Below are positions 48,099 through 60,000 of a stretch of 64,000 nt of DNA, piece by piece. Numbering within the stretch: the first letter of the stretch is position 1; each line of letters opens with the position of its first letter. Under the pieces are notes generated by a model. That model made no database searches and was not told where the DNA came from. It saw nothing but the letters and a program-made list of their open reading frames with translations. Location: positions 129,768,001 to 129,832,000 of the forward strand of contig CM059432.1 of the NCBI GenBank assembly GCA_030390025.1, given 5' to 3'. A program made the position numbers and the translations under genes. This stretch comes from Squalus acanthias (lineage: Eukaryota).

Positions 48099-48710
48099 TC
48101 ACGTTCTGTAGCGTGACATGAACCCGATATCCCTATTGAGGCCGTCCTCATGGGTGCAGAACTTGGCTATCAGTTTCTGCTCAATGATTTTGCGTTGTCG
48201 TGTGTCTCGAAGGCCGCCTTGGAGAACGCTAACCCGCAGATCCGAGGCTGAATGTCCTTGACTGCTGAAGTGTTCCCCGACTGGGAGGTAACAATCCTGC
48301 CTGGCGATTGTTGCGCGGTGTCCGTTCATACGTTGTCTCAGTGTCTGCATGGTCTCGCCGATGTACCATGCTGCGGTGCATTCTTTCCTGCAACGTATCA
48401 GGTAGACAACGTTGGCTGAGTCACATGAGTATGTACCATGTACCTGGTGGGTAGTGTCCTCACGTGTGATGATGGTATCTGTGTTGATGATCTGGCATGT
48501 CTTGCAGAGGTTGCCGTGGCAGGGTTGTGTGGTGTCGTGGTCGCTGTTCTCCTGACAGCTGGGTAATTTGCTGCAAACGATGGTACTTTTGAGGTTAGGC
48601 GGCTGCTTGAAGGCGAGTAGTGGAGGCGTGGGGATGGCCTTAGCAAGGTGTTCGTCGTCATCGATGACATGTTGAAGGCTGCGAAGAACATGGCGTAGTT
48701 TCTCCGCCAT
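48099..48710 (-). pseudogene. Penelope ORF C-terminus with GIY-YIG endonuclease (5'-truncated, RT absent); mirror copy at 48711-49316
   Basis: PC...CKTC...SCDSANVVYLIRC...WYIGET.Q.LRQRMNGH...E..LI..F.....GLN. Confidence 0.88.
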
Positions 48711-49491
48711 GAGAAACTACGCCATGTTCTTCGCAGCCTTCAACATGTCATCGATGACGACGAACACCTTGCTAAGGCCATCCCCACGCCTCCACTACTC
48801 GCCTTCAAGCAGCCACCTAACCTCAAAAGTACCATCGTTTGCAGCAAATTACCCAGCTGTCAGGAGAACAGCGACCACGACACCACACAACCCTGCCACG
48901 GCAACCTCTGCAAGACATGCCAGATCATCAACACAGATACCATCATCACACGTGAGGACACTACCCACCAGGTACATGGTACACACTCATGTGACTCGGC
49001 CAACGTTGTCTACCTGATACGTTGCAGGAAAGGATGCCCCAGAGCATGGTACATCGGCAAGACCATACAGATACTGAGACAACATATGAACGGACACCAC
49101 GCAACAATCGCCAGGCAGGATTGTTACCTCCCAGTCAGGGAACACTTCAGCAGTCAAGGACATTCAGCCTCGGATCTGCGGGTTAGCGTTCTCCAAGGCG
49201 GCCTTCGAGACACACGACAACGCAAAATCATCGAGCAGAAACTGATAGCCAAGTTCCGCACCCATGAGGACGGCCTCAATAGGGATATCGGGTTCATGTC
49301 ATGCTACAGAACGTGACTCAACATCGTTGTCTGTCTTTCCAGTTTTTAAAAGAAAAACACACACCAAAAAAAAAAGGTTAAAAGCTCAACTGCAGACAGC
49401 AGGATTTGACACGTTGGACCCCCTGTGACCACCTCATTGTCTTGGCTGTGCTCTGGTGTGTCTTTGATGTAAGGCCTCCCTGAAAGATTGT

Positions 49492-50235
49492 GGCCCAGAA
49501 ATGAAAGACTGAGTGTTGACGCGGGGGTAAGGCTTCCCCGCGCTATCTCACTCTGCGCCTTCCTATTTCCTCTGGGCCCACACGAACTTTAGTTTCAAGG
49601 CTGCAGCTGTGTAGTGCTTGCGTGACCCAGAGACGGAGTTAGTTCGTGCGAGCTCTGGGATCACGTGATTCAGTTAGAGCCAATGGCAGCACACCATCTT
49701 TCATTCATAGTTTTGACAGGAAGACCTGTCAAAGCTATGAATAATATACCCCCCCAAAAGAACAGCTAAACCTCAATTAAATTTAAAAAAAAGCCATCAC
49801 ATTAATAAAATAATTATAGTTAAATAAATTAACCACTTCAAACAAAAAATTAAATTTTTGAAAAAATTTAAAATCTTTTAAAAAGTTATAAAAATAAACT
49901 TACCTTTCTTTAAAGTCTCTAAAAAAGATAAACCTGTTGAAAAATATTTAAAATAATACTTAATTAACTACTTACCTTGTTAAAAGAGCGTCTTACACCT
50001 CCTTTCTTTATGTGTAAAATCTTCCATGCTTACCTGCGCGTTCAAAGCACTAAGTGCACTGCGTGCGCGCAGCCTGTAGCGCGCACACGGTTCACCTAGG
50101 AACCGCCCCCTTTTGAATTCACGAAGTGCCGGTTTCCCGCGCATGCGCAGTGCATGCTGGAAACCGGCAATTGGAGACCTAAAACGCGAGAGTACACAGT
50201 GCGTACTCTCGCGTATTAGGTCTAATTTTTGGGCC
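49492..50235. mobile_element. Harbinger-type MITE inserted in the right Penelope arm
   Basis: TIR GGCCCAGAAAT / ATTTTTGGGCC, absent from the left arm, near-TSD TGT/AGT. Inverted homologue of 32927-33691. Confidence 0.88.
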
Positions 50236-50307
50236 AGTATCTCTGCAGACAAATTGCTTCCGGTGTTTATATACTGTGTAATATTGTAGATTCCCTCATT
50301 GTAACTC

Positions 50308-50343
50308 TACCTGACGAAGGGGCAACAGCTCCGAAAGCTTGTA
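50308..50343 (+). ncRNA. Minimal hammerhead ribozyme in the Penelope pLTR (right arm)
   Basis: TAC-CTGACGA-A-GGGGC(AACA)GCTCC-GAAA-GC-TT-GTA: core boxes, stem II, palindromic AGCU stem III and 3-bp stem I. Confidence 0.7.
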
Positions 50344-50569
50344 ATTTTAAATAAATCTGTTGGACTATAACCTGGTGTTGTGCGACTTCTCATTTTAGTC
50401 CACCCCAGTCCAACACCGGCAACTCCGCATCATGACTGTTATTAGGGAAGGTACTATTGTAACCACAGTATCCAAGGTATGTTTTCAAATAATGATATCA
50501 TTGTCATATACAATCGTTATAGTGATCCCTATTCTTTTGCAGCATAATGGCAAGAGAGTTGGGAACTAT

Positions 50570-51016
50570 AGGATCAATTTTAACCAGCGGCGGGTTTTGG
50601 GCAGACTGTGGGGGTGGGCAGGCAGCGGAGGGTGGCACCAGTACGAAATGTACACACTGGCCTAAATTTCAACCCTGAGGTATTTTATCCGCTGGGCCTC
50701 ATTAACATCTGACTGCTGGATTTCCCATCCGATTGCACGGTAATGGGAAGCCACCCCCATTTTACTAGGTGTATTTTTCTGGCTGCCTCCAGAGACCTAT
50801 TTAAAACAGGAATGAACCTCTTCTATTTAACGGGGAATGCACCTCTTAAAGGGAGGTTATATGCGCTTCTGGCAGATTACTGCAGGAGATTTTCTGCAGG
50901 AGTCCGAAGAAACCCCCAGGTTCTCTGAGGCGGCCCTGGAGGTCTTAATGGAAGAAATGAGTATGAGAAGGGTCGTAATCTTTCCAGCAGTGGCAGGAAA
51001 TTTGAAAAGATTGACA
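50570..51016 (+). mobile_element. Harbinger remnant with the start of a Myb/SANT-like ORF, cut off by the satellite
   Basis: TIR-like GGATCAATTTTAACC. Translation ETPRFSEAALEVLMEEMSMRRVVIFP parallels APRFSDDSLHMLMEGVRAHREVLF in the exon at 36528-36767. Confidence 0.6.
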
Positions 51017-54000
51017 TAGACTGGTGTAGTGTTGGTATGGTACAGACTGGTTTCAGTGTATCGATGGTGCAGTGTTGGTATGGTACAGGCTGGTTTCAGT
51101 ATCTCGATGGTGTAGTATTGGTATGGTACAGACTGGTTTCAGTGTCTCGATGGTGTAGTGTTGGCATGGTACAGACTGGTTTCAGTGTCTCGATGGTGCA
51201 GTGTTGGTATGGTACAGACTGGTTTCAGTGGTCTGATGGTGTAGTGTTGGTATGGTATAGACTGGTTTCAGTGTCTGATGGTGTAGTGTTGGGATGGTAC
51301 AGACTGGTTTCAGTATCTCGATGGTGCAGTGTTGGTATGGTACAGATCGGTTTCAGTGTCTGATGGTGTAGGGTTGGTATGGTACAGACTGGTTTCAGTG
51401 TCTCGATGGTGCAGTGTTAGTATGGTACAGACTGGTTTCAGTGCTCTGATGATGTAGTGTTGGTATGGTACAGACTGGTATCAGTGTCTCGATGGTGTAG
51501 TGTTGGTATGGTACAGACTGTTTTCAGTGTCTCGATGGTGTAGTGTTGGTATGGTACAGACTGTTTTCAGTGTCTCGATGGTGTAGTGTTGATATGGTAC
51601 AGACTGGTTTCAGTGTCTGATGGTGCAGTGTTGGTATGGCACAGACAGGTTTCAGTGTCTGATGGTGTAGTGTTGGTTTGATACAGACTGGTTGCACTGT
51701 CTCGATGGTGTAGTATTGGTATGGTACAGACTGGTTTCAGTGTCTCGATGGTGTAGTGTTGGTATGGTGCAAAGTGGTTTCAGTGTCTGATGGTGTAGTG
51801 TTGGTATGGTACAGACTGGTTTCAATGCTCTGATGGTGTAGTGTTGGTATGGTACAGAGTTTTCAGTGCCTGATGGTGTAGTGTTGGTATGGTTCAGACT
51901 GGTTTCAGTGTCTCGATGGTGTAGTGTTGGTATGGTACATACTGGTTTCAGTGCTCTAATGGTGTAGTGTTGGTATGGTACAGACTGGTTTCAGTGCTCT
52001 GATGGTATAGTGTTGGTATGGTACAAACTGGTTTCAGTGTCTCGATGGTGTAGTGTTGGTATGGTACAGACTGGTTTCAGTGTCTGATGGTATAGTGTTG
52101 GTATGGTACAGACTGGTTTCAGTGTCTGATGGTGTAGTGTTGGTTTGATACAGACTGGTTTCAGTGTATCGATGGTGTAGTGTTGGTATGGTACAGACTG
52201 GTTTCAGTTCTCTGATGGTATAGTGTTGGTATGGTACAGACTGGTTTCAGTGTCTGATGGTGTAGTGTTGGTTTGATACAGACTGGTTTCAGTGTATCGA
52301 TGGTGTAGTGTTGGTATGGTACAGACTGGTTTCAGTGCTCTAATGGTGTAGTGTTGGTATGGTGCAGACTGGTTTCAGTGTCTCGATGGTGTAGTGTTGG
52401 TATGGTACAGACTGGTTTCAGTGTCTCGATCGTGTAGTGTTGGTATGGTACAGACTGGTTTCAGTGTCTCGATCGTGTAGTGTTGGTCTGATACAGACAT
52501 GTTTCAGTGCTCCGATGGTGTAGTGTTGGTATGGCACAGACTGGTTTCAGTGTCTGATGGTGCAGTGTTGGTATGGTACAGACTGGTTTCAGTGTCTCGA
52601 TGGTGTTGTGTTGGTATGCTACAGACTGGTTTCAGTGTCTCGATGGTGTAGTGTTGGTATGGTACAGCCTGGTTTCAGTGTCTGATGGTGTAGTGTTGGT
52701 ATGGCACAGACTGGTTTCAGTGCTCTGATGGTGTAGTGTTGGTATGGTACAGACTGGTTTCAGTGCTCCGATGGTGTAGTTTTGGTATGGTACAGACTGG
52801 TTTCAGTGTCTCGATGGTGTAGTGTTGGAATGGTACAGACTGGTATCAGTGTCTGATGGTGTACTGCTGGTATGGTACAGACTGGTTTCAGTGTCTGATG
52901 GTGTAGTGTTAGTATGCTACAGACTGGTTTCAGTGTCTCGATGGTGTAGTGTTGGTATGGTACAGATTGGTTTCAGTCCTCTAATGGTGTAGTGTTGGTA
53001 TGGTACAGACTGGTTTCAGTGTCTCGATGGTGTAGTGTTGGTATGGTACAGACTGGTTTCAGTGTCCGATGGTGTAGTGTTGGTATGGTACAGACTGGTT
53101 TCACTGTCTCGATGGTGTAGTGTTGGTATGGTACAGATTGGTTTCAGTGCTCTAATGGTGTAGTGTTGATATGGTACAAACTGGTTTCAGTATCTGATGG
53201 TGTAGTGTTGGTATGGTACAAACTGGTTTCAGTGTCTCGATGGTGTAGTGTTGGTATGGTACAGACTGGTTTCAGTGCTCTAATGGTGTAGTGTTGGTAT
53301 GGTACAAACTGGTTTCAGTGTCTCGATGGTGTTGTGTTGGTATGGTGCAGACTGGTTTCAGTGTCTCGATGGTGTATTGTTGGTTTGATACAGACTGGTA
53401 TCAGTGCTCAGATGGTGTAGTGTTGGTATGGTACAGACTGGTTTCAGTGCCCTGATGGTATGGTGTTGGTATGGTGCAGACTGGTTTCACTGTCTCGATG
53501 GTCTAGTGTTGTTATGGTACAGACTGTTTTCAGTGTCTCGATGGTGTAGTGTTGGTATGGTACAGACTGTTTTCAGTGGCTCGATGGTGTAGTGTTGGTA
53601 TGGTATAGAATGTTTTCAGTGTCTTGATGGTGTAGTGGTGGTATGGTACAGACTGTTTTCAGTGTCTCGATGGTGTAGTGTTGGTATGGTACAGACTGGT
53701 TTCAGTGTCTCGATGGTGTAGTGTTGGTATGGTACAGACTGGTTTCAGTGTCTCGATGGTGTAGTGTTGGTATGGTACAGACTGGTTTCAGTGCTCTGAT
53801 GGTATAGTGTTGGTATGGTACAGACTGGTTTCAGTGTCTCGATGGTGTAGTGTTGGTATGGTACAGACTGGTTTCAGTGTCTCGATGGTGCAGTGTTGGT
53901 ATGGTACAGACTGGATTCAGTGCTCTGATGGTGTAGTGTTGGTATGCTACAGACTGGTTTCAGTGCTCTGATGGTGTAGTGTTGGTATGGTACAGACTGG

Positions 54001-57000
54001 TTTCAGTGTCTGATGGTGTAGTGTTGGTATGGTACAGACTGGTTTCAGTGTCTGATGGTGTAGTGTTGGTATGGTACAGACTGGTTTCAGTGCTCTGATG
54101 GTATAGTGTTGGTATGGTACAGACTGGTTTCAGTGTCTCGATGGTGTAGTGTTGGTATGGTACAGACTGGTTTCAGTGCTCTAATGGTGTAGTGTTGGTA
54201 TGGTACAGACTGGTTTCAGTGCTCTGATGGTGTAGTGTTGGTATGGTACAGACTGGTTTCAGTGTCTCGATGGTGTTGTGTTGGTATGCTACAGACTGGT
54301 TTCAGTGTCTCGATGGTGTAGTGTTGGTATGGTACAGCCTGGTTTCAGTGTCTGATGGTGTAGTGTTGGTATGGCACAGACTGGTTTCAGTGCTCTGATG
54401 GTGTAGTGTTGGTATGGTACAGACTGGTTTCAGTGCTCCGATGGTGTAGTTTTGGTATGGTACAGACTGGTTTCAGTGTCTCGATGGTGTAGTGTTGGAA
54501 TGGTACAGACTGGTATCAGTGTCTGATGGTGTACTGTTGGTATGGCACAGACTGGTTTCAGTGTCTGATGGTGTAGTGTTAGTATGGTACAGACTGGTAT
54601 CAGTGTCTGATGGTGTAGTGTTAGTATGGTACAGACTGGTATCAGTGTCTAGATCGTGTAGTGTTGGTATGGTACAGACTGTTTTCAGTGTCTCGATGGT
54701 GTAGTGTTGGTATGGTACAGACTGGTTTCAGTGTCTGATGGTGTAGTGTTGGTATGGTACAGATTGGTTTCAGTCCTCTAATGGTGTAGTGTTGGTATGG
54801 TACAGACTGGTTTCAGTGTCTCGATGGTGTATTGTTGGTTTGATACAGACTGGTTTCAGTGCTCCGATGGTGTAGTGTTGGTATGGTACAGACTGGTTTC
54901 AGTGTCTCGATGGTGTAGTGTTGGTATGGTACAGACTGGTTTCAGTGCTCTGATGGTATAGTGTTGGTATGGTACAGACTGGTTTCACTGTCTCGATGGT
55001 GTAGTGTTGGTATGGTGCAGATTGGTTTCAGTGCTCTAATGGTGTAGTGTTGAGATGGTACAAACTGGTTTCAGTGTCTGATGGTGTAGTGTTGGTATGG
55101 TACAAACTGGTTTCAGTGTCTCGATGGTGTAGTGTTGGTATGGTACAAACTGGTTTCAGTGCCCTGATGGTATAGTGTTGGTATGGTGCAGACTGGTTTC
55201 ACTGTCTCGATAGTCTAGTGTTGTTATGGTACAGACTGGTTTCAGTGCTCTGATGGTGTAGTGTTGGTTTGATACAGACTGCTTTCAGTGTCTGATGGTG
55301 TAGTGTTGGTTTGATACAGACTGGTTTCAGTGTCTCGATGGTGTAGTGTTGGTATGGTACAGACTGTTTTCAGTGTCTCGATGGTGTAGTGTTGGTATGG
55401 TACAGACTGTTTTCAGTGTCTCGATGGTGTAGTGGTGGTATGGTACAGACTGTTTTCAGTGTCTCGATGGTGTAGTGTTGGTATGGTACAGACTGGTTTC
55501 AGTGTCTCGATGGTGTAGTGTTGGTATGGTACAGACTGGTTTCAGTGTCTCGATGGTGTAGTGTTGGTATGGTACAGACTGGTTTCAGTGTCTGATGGTG
55601 TAGTGTTGGTATGGTACAGACTGTTTTCAGTGCCTGATGGTGTAGTGTTGGTATGTTGCAGACTGGTTTCAGTGTCTCGATGGTGTAGTGTTGTTATGGT
55701 GCAGACTGGTTTCAATGCTACGATGGTGTAGTGTTGGTATGGTACATACTGTTTTCAGTGCCTGATGGTGTAGTGTTGGTATGGTACAGACTGGTTTCAA
55801 TGCTATGATGGTGTAGTGTTGGTATGGTACAAACTGGTTTCAGTGTCTCGATGGTGCAGTGTTGGTATGGTACAGACTGGTTTCAGTGTCTCGATGGTGC
55901 AGTGTTGGTATGGTACAGACTGGTTTCACTGTCTGATGGTGTAGTGTTGGTATGGCACCTATTGGTTTCAGTGCTCTGATGGTGTAGTGTTGGTATGGAA
56001 CAGACTGGTTTCAGTGCTCTGATGGTATAGTGTTGGTATGGTGCAGACTGGTTTCAGTGTCTCGATGGTGTAGTGTTGGTATGGTACAGACTGGTTTCAG
56101 TATCTCGATAGTGTAGTGTTGGTATGGTACAGACTGGTTTCAGTGCTCTGATGGTGTAGTGTTGGTATGGTACAGACTGGTTTCATTGTCTGATGGTGTA
56201 GTGTTGTTATGGTACAGACTGTTTTCAGTGTCTCGATGGTGTAGTGTTGGTATGGTACAGACTGTTTTCAGTGGCTCGATGGTGTAGTGTTGGTATGGTA
56301 TAGACTGTTTTCAGTGTCTTGATGGTGTAGTGGTGGTATGGTACAGACTGTTTTCAGTGTCTCGATGGTGTAGTGTTGGTATGGTACAGACTGGTTTCAG
56401 TGTCTCGATGGTGTAGTGTTGGTATGGTACAGACTGGTTTCAGTGCTCTGATGGTGTAGTGTTGGTATGGTACAGACTGGTTTCAGTGTCTCGATGGTGT
56501 AGTGTTGGTATGGTACAGACTGGTTTCAGTGTCTCGATGGTGTAGTGTTGGTATGGTACAGACTGGTTTCAGTGTCTCGATGGTGCAGTGTTGGTATGGT
56601 ACAGACTGGTTTCAGTGTCTCGATGGTGTAGTGTTGGTATGGTACAGACTGGTTTCAGTGCTCTGATGGTATAGTGTTGGTATGGTACAAACTGGTTTCA
56701 GTGTCTCGATGGTGTAGTGTTGGTATGGTACAGACTGGTTTCAGTGTCTCGATGGTGCAGTGTTGGTATGGTACAGACTGGATTCAGTGCTCTGATGGTG
56801 TAGTGTTGGTATGCTACAGACTGGTTTCAGTGCTCTGCTGGTGTAGTGTTGGTATGGTACAGACTGGTTTCAGTGTCTGATGGTGTAGTGTTGGTATGGT
56901 ACAGACTGGTTTCAGTGCTCTGATGGTATAGTGTTGGTATGGTACAGACTGGTTTCAGTGTCTGATGGTGTAGTGTTGGTATGGTACAGCCTGGTTTCAG

Positions 57001-60000
57001 TGCTCTGATGGTATAGTGTTGGTATGGTACAGACTGGTTTCAGTGTATCGATGGTGTAGTGTTGGTATGGTACAGACTGGTTTCAGTGCTCCGATGGTGT
57101 AGTTTTGGTATGGTACAGACTGGTTTCAGTGTCTCGATGGTGTAGTGTTGGAATGGTACAGACTGGTATCAGTGTCTGATGGTGTACTGTTGGTATGGCA
57201 CAGACTGGTTTCAGTGTCTGATGGTGTAGTGTTAGTATGGTACAGACTGGTATCAGTGTCTGATGGTGTAGTGTTAGTATGGTACAGACTGGTATCAGTG
57301 TCTAGATCGTGTAGTGTTGGTATGGTACAGACTGTTTTCAGTGTCTCGATGGTGTAGTGTTGGTATGGTACAGACTGGTTTCAGTGTCTGATGGTGTAGT
57401 GTTGGTATGGTACAGATTGGTTTCAGTCCTCTAATGGTGTAGTGTTGGTATGGTACAGACTGGTTTCAGTGTCTCGATGGTGTAGTGTTGGTATGGTACA
57501 GACTGGTTTCAGTGCTCTGATGGTATAGTGTTGGTATGGTACAGACTGGTTTCACTGTCTCGATGGTGTAGTGTTGGTATGGTGCAGATTGGTTTCAGTG
57601 CTCTAATGGTGTAGTGTTGATATGGTACAAACTGGTTTCAGTGTCTGATGGTGTAGTGTTGGTATGGTACAAACTGGTTTCAGTGTCTCGATGGTGTAGT
57701 GTTGGTATGGTACAACTGGTTTCAGTGCCCTGATGGTATAGTGTTGGTATGGTGCAGACTGGTTTCACTGTCTCGATAGTCTAGTGTTGTTATGGTACAG
57801 ACTGGTTTCAGTGCTCTGATGGTGTAGTGTTGGTTTGATACAGACTGCTTTCAGTGTCTGATGGTGTAGTGTTGGTTTGATACAGACTGGTTTCAGTGTC
57901 TCGATGGTGTAGTGTTGGTATGGTACAGACTGTTTTCAGTGTCTCGATGGTGTAGTGTTGGTATGGTACAGACTGTTTTCAGTGGCTCGATGGTGTAGTG
58001 GTGGTATGGTACAGATTGTTTTCAGTGTCTCGATGGTGTAGTGTTGGTATGGTACAGACTGGTTTCAGTGTCTCGATGGTGTAGTGTTGGTATGGTACAG
58101 ACTGGTTTCAGTGTCTCGATGGTGTAGTGTTGGTATGGTACAGACTGGTTTCAGTGTCTGATGGTGTAGTGTTGGTATGGTACAGACTGTTTTCAGTGCC
58201 TGATGGTGTAGTGTTGGTATGTTGCAGACTGGTTTCAGTGTCTCGATGGTGTAGTGTTGTTATGGTGCAGACTGGTTTCAATGCTATGATGGTGTAGTGT
58301 TGGTATGGTACATACTGTTTTCAGTGCCTGATGGTGTAGTGTTGGTATGGTACAGACTGGTTTCAATGCTATGATGGTGTAGTGTTGGTATGGTACAAAC
58401 TGGTTTCAGTGTCTCGATGGTGCAGTGTTGGTATGGTACAGACTGGTTTCAGTGTCTCGATGGTGCAGTGTTGGTATGGTACAGACTGGTTTCACTGTCT
58501 GATGGTGTAGTGTTGGTATGGCACCTATTGGTTTCAGTGCTCTGATGGTGTAGTGTTGGTATGGAACAGACTGGTTTCAGTGCTCTGATGGTATAGTGTT
58601 GGTATGGTGCAGACTGGTTTCAGTGTCTCGATGGTGTCGTGTTGGTATGGTACAGACTGGTTTCACTGTCTCGATGGTGTAGTGTTGGTATGGTACAGAC
58701 TGGTTTCAGTATCTCGATAGTGTAGTGTTGGTATGGTACAGACTGGTTTCAGTGCTCTGATGGTGTAGTGTTGGTATGCTACAGACTGGTTTCAGTGCTC
58801 TGCTGGTGTAGTGTTGGTATGGTATAGACTGGTTTCAGTGCTCTGATGGTATAGTGTTGGTATGGTACAGACTGGTTTCAGTGTCTCGATGGTGTAGTGT
58901 TGGTATGGCACAGACTGGTTTCAGTGCTCGAATGGTGTAGTGTTGGTTTGATACAGACTGGTATCACTGTCTCGATGGTGAAGTGTTGGTACGCTACAGA
59001 CTGGTTTCAGTGCTCTGCTGTTGTAGTGTTGGTATGGTACAGACTGGTTTCAGTGCTCTGATGGTGTAGTTTTGGTATGGTACAGACTGGTTTCAGTGCT
59101 CTGATGGTGTAGTTTTGGTATGGTACAGACTGGTTTCAATATCTCGATGGTGTAGTGTTGTTATGGTACAGACTGGTTTCAGTGTCTCGATGGTGTAGTG
59201 TTGGTATGGTACAGACTGGTTTCACTGTCTAATGGTGTAGTGTTGTTATGGTACAGACTGGTTTCAGTGTCTCGATGGTGTAGTGTTGGTATGGCACAGA
59301 CTGGTTTCAGTGTCTGATGGTGTAGTGTTGGTATGGTACAGACTGGTTTCAGTGTCTGCTGGTGTAGTGTTGGTATGGTACAGATTGGTTTCAGTGCTCT
59401 AATGGTGTAGTGTTGTTATGGTACAAACTGGTTTCAGTGTCTGATGGTGTAGTGTTGGTATGGTACAGACTGGTTTCACTGTCTCGATGGTGTAGTGTTG
59501 GTATGGTACAGATTGGGTTCAGTGCTCTAATGGTGTAGTGTTGGTATGGTACAAACTGGTTTCAGTGTCTGATGGTGTAGTGTTGGTATGGTACAGACTG
59601 GTTTCAGTGTCGGATGGTGTAGTGTTGGTATGGTACAGACTGGTTTCAGTGTCTCGATGGTGCAGTGTTGGTATGGTACAGACTTGTATCAGTGTCTGCT
59701 GGTGCAGTGTTGGTATGGTACAGACTGGTTTCAGTGCTCTGATGGTATAGTGTTGGTATGCTACAGACTGGTTTCAGTGCTCTGATGGTGTAGTGTTGAT
59801 ATGTTACAGACTGGTTTCAGTGTCTGCTGGTATAGTGTTGGTATGGTACAGACTGGTTTCAGTGTCTCGATTGGGTAGTGTTGGTTTGGTACAGACTGGT
59901 TTCAGTGCTCCGATGGTGTAGTTTTGGTCTGGTACAGACTGGTTTCAGTGTCTCGATGGTGTAGTGTTGGAATGGTACAGACTGTTATCAGTGTCTGATG

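Larger units (their letters stand above)
47766..50431. mobile_element. Penelope-like element: two 5'-truncated copies in inverted arrangement, one insertion
   Basis: Left arm (minus, ~47764-48704) mirrors right arm (plus, 48711-50397, excluding the MITE). The right arm has an extra tail to 50431. A 13-bp TSD ATGACTGTTATTA lies at 47753-47765 and 50432-50444. Confidence 0.9.

Noticed and set aside
1..51000. Host protein-coding exons
   Set aside because: No ORF outside TEs shows a recognisable cellular domain; short exons cannot be excluded without RNA-seq or homology search.
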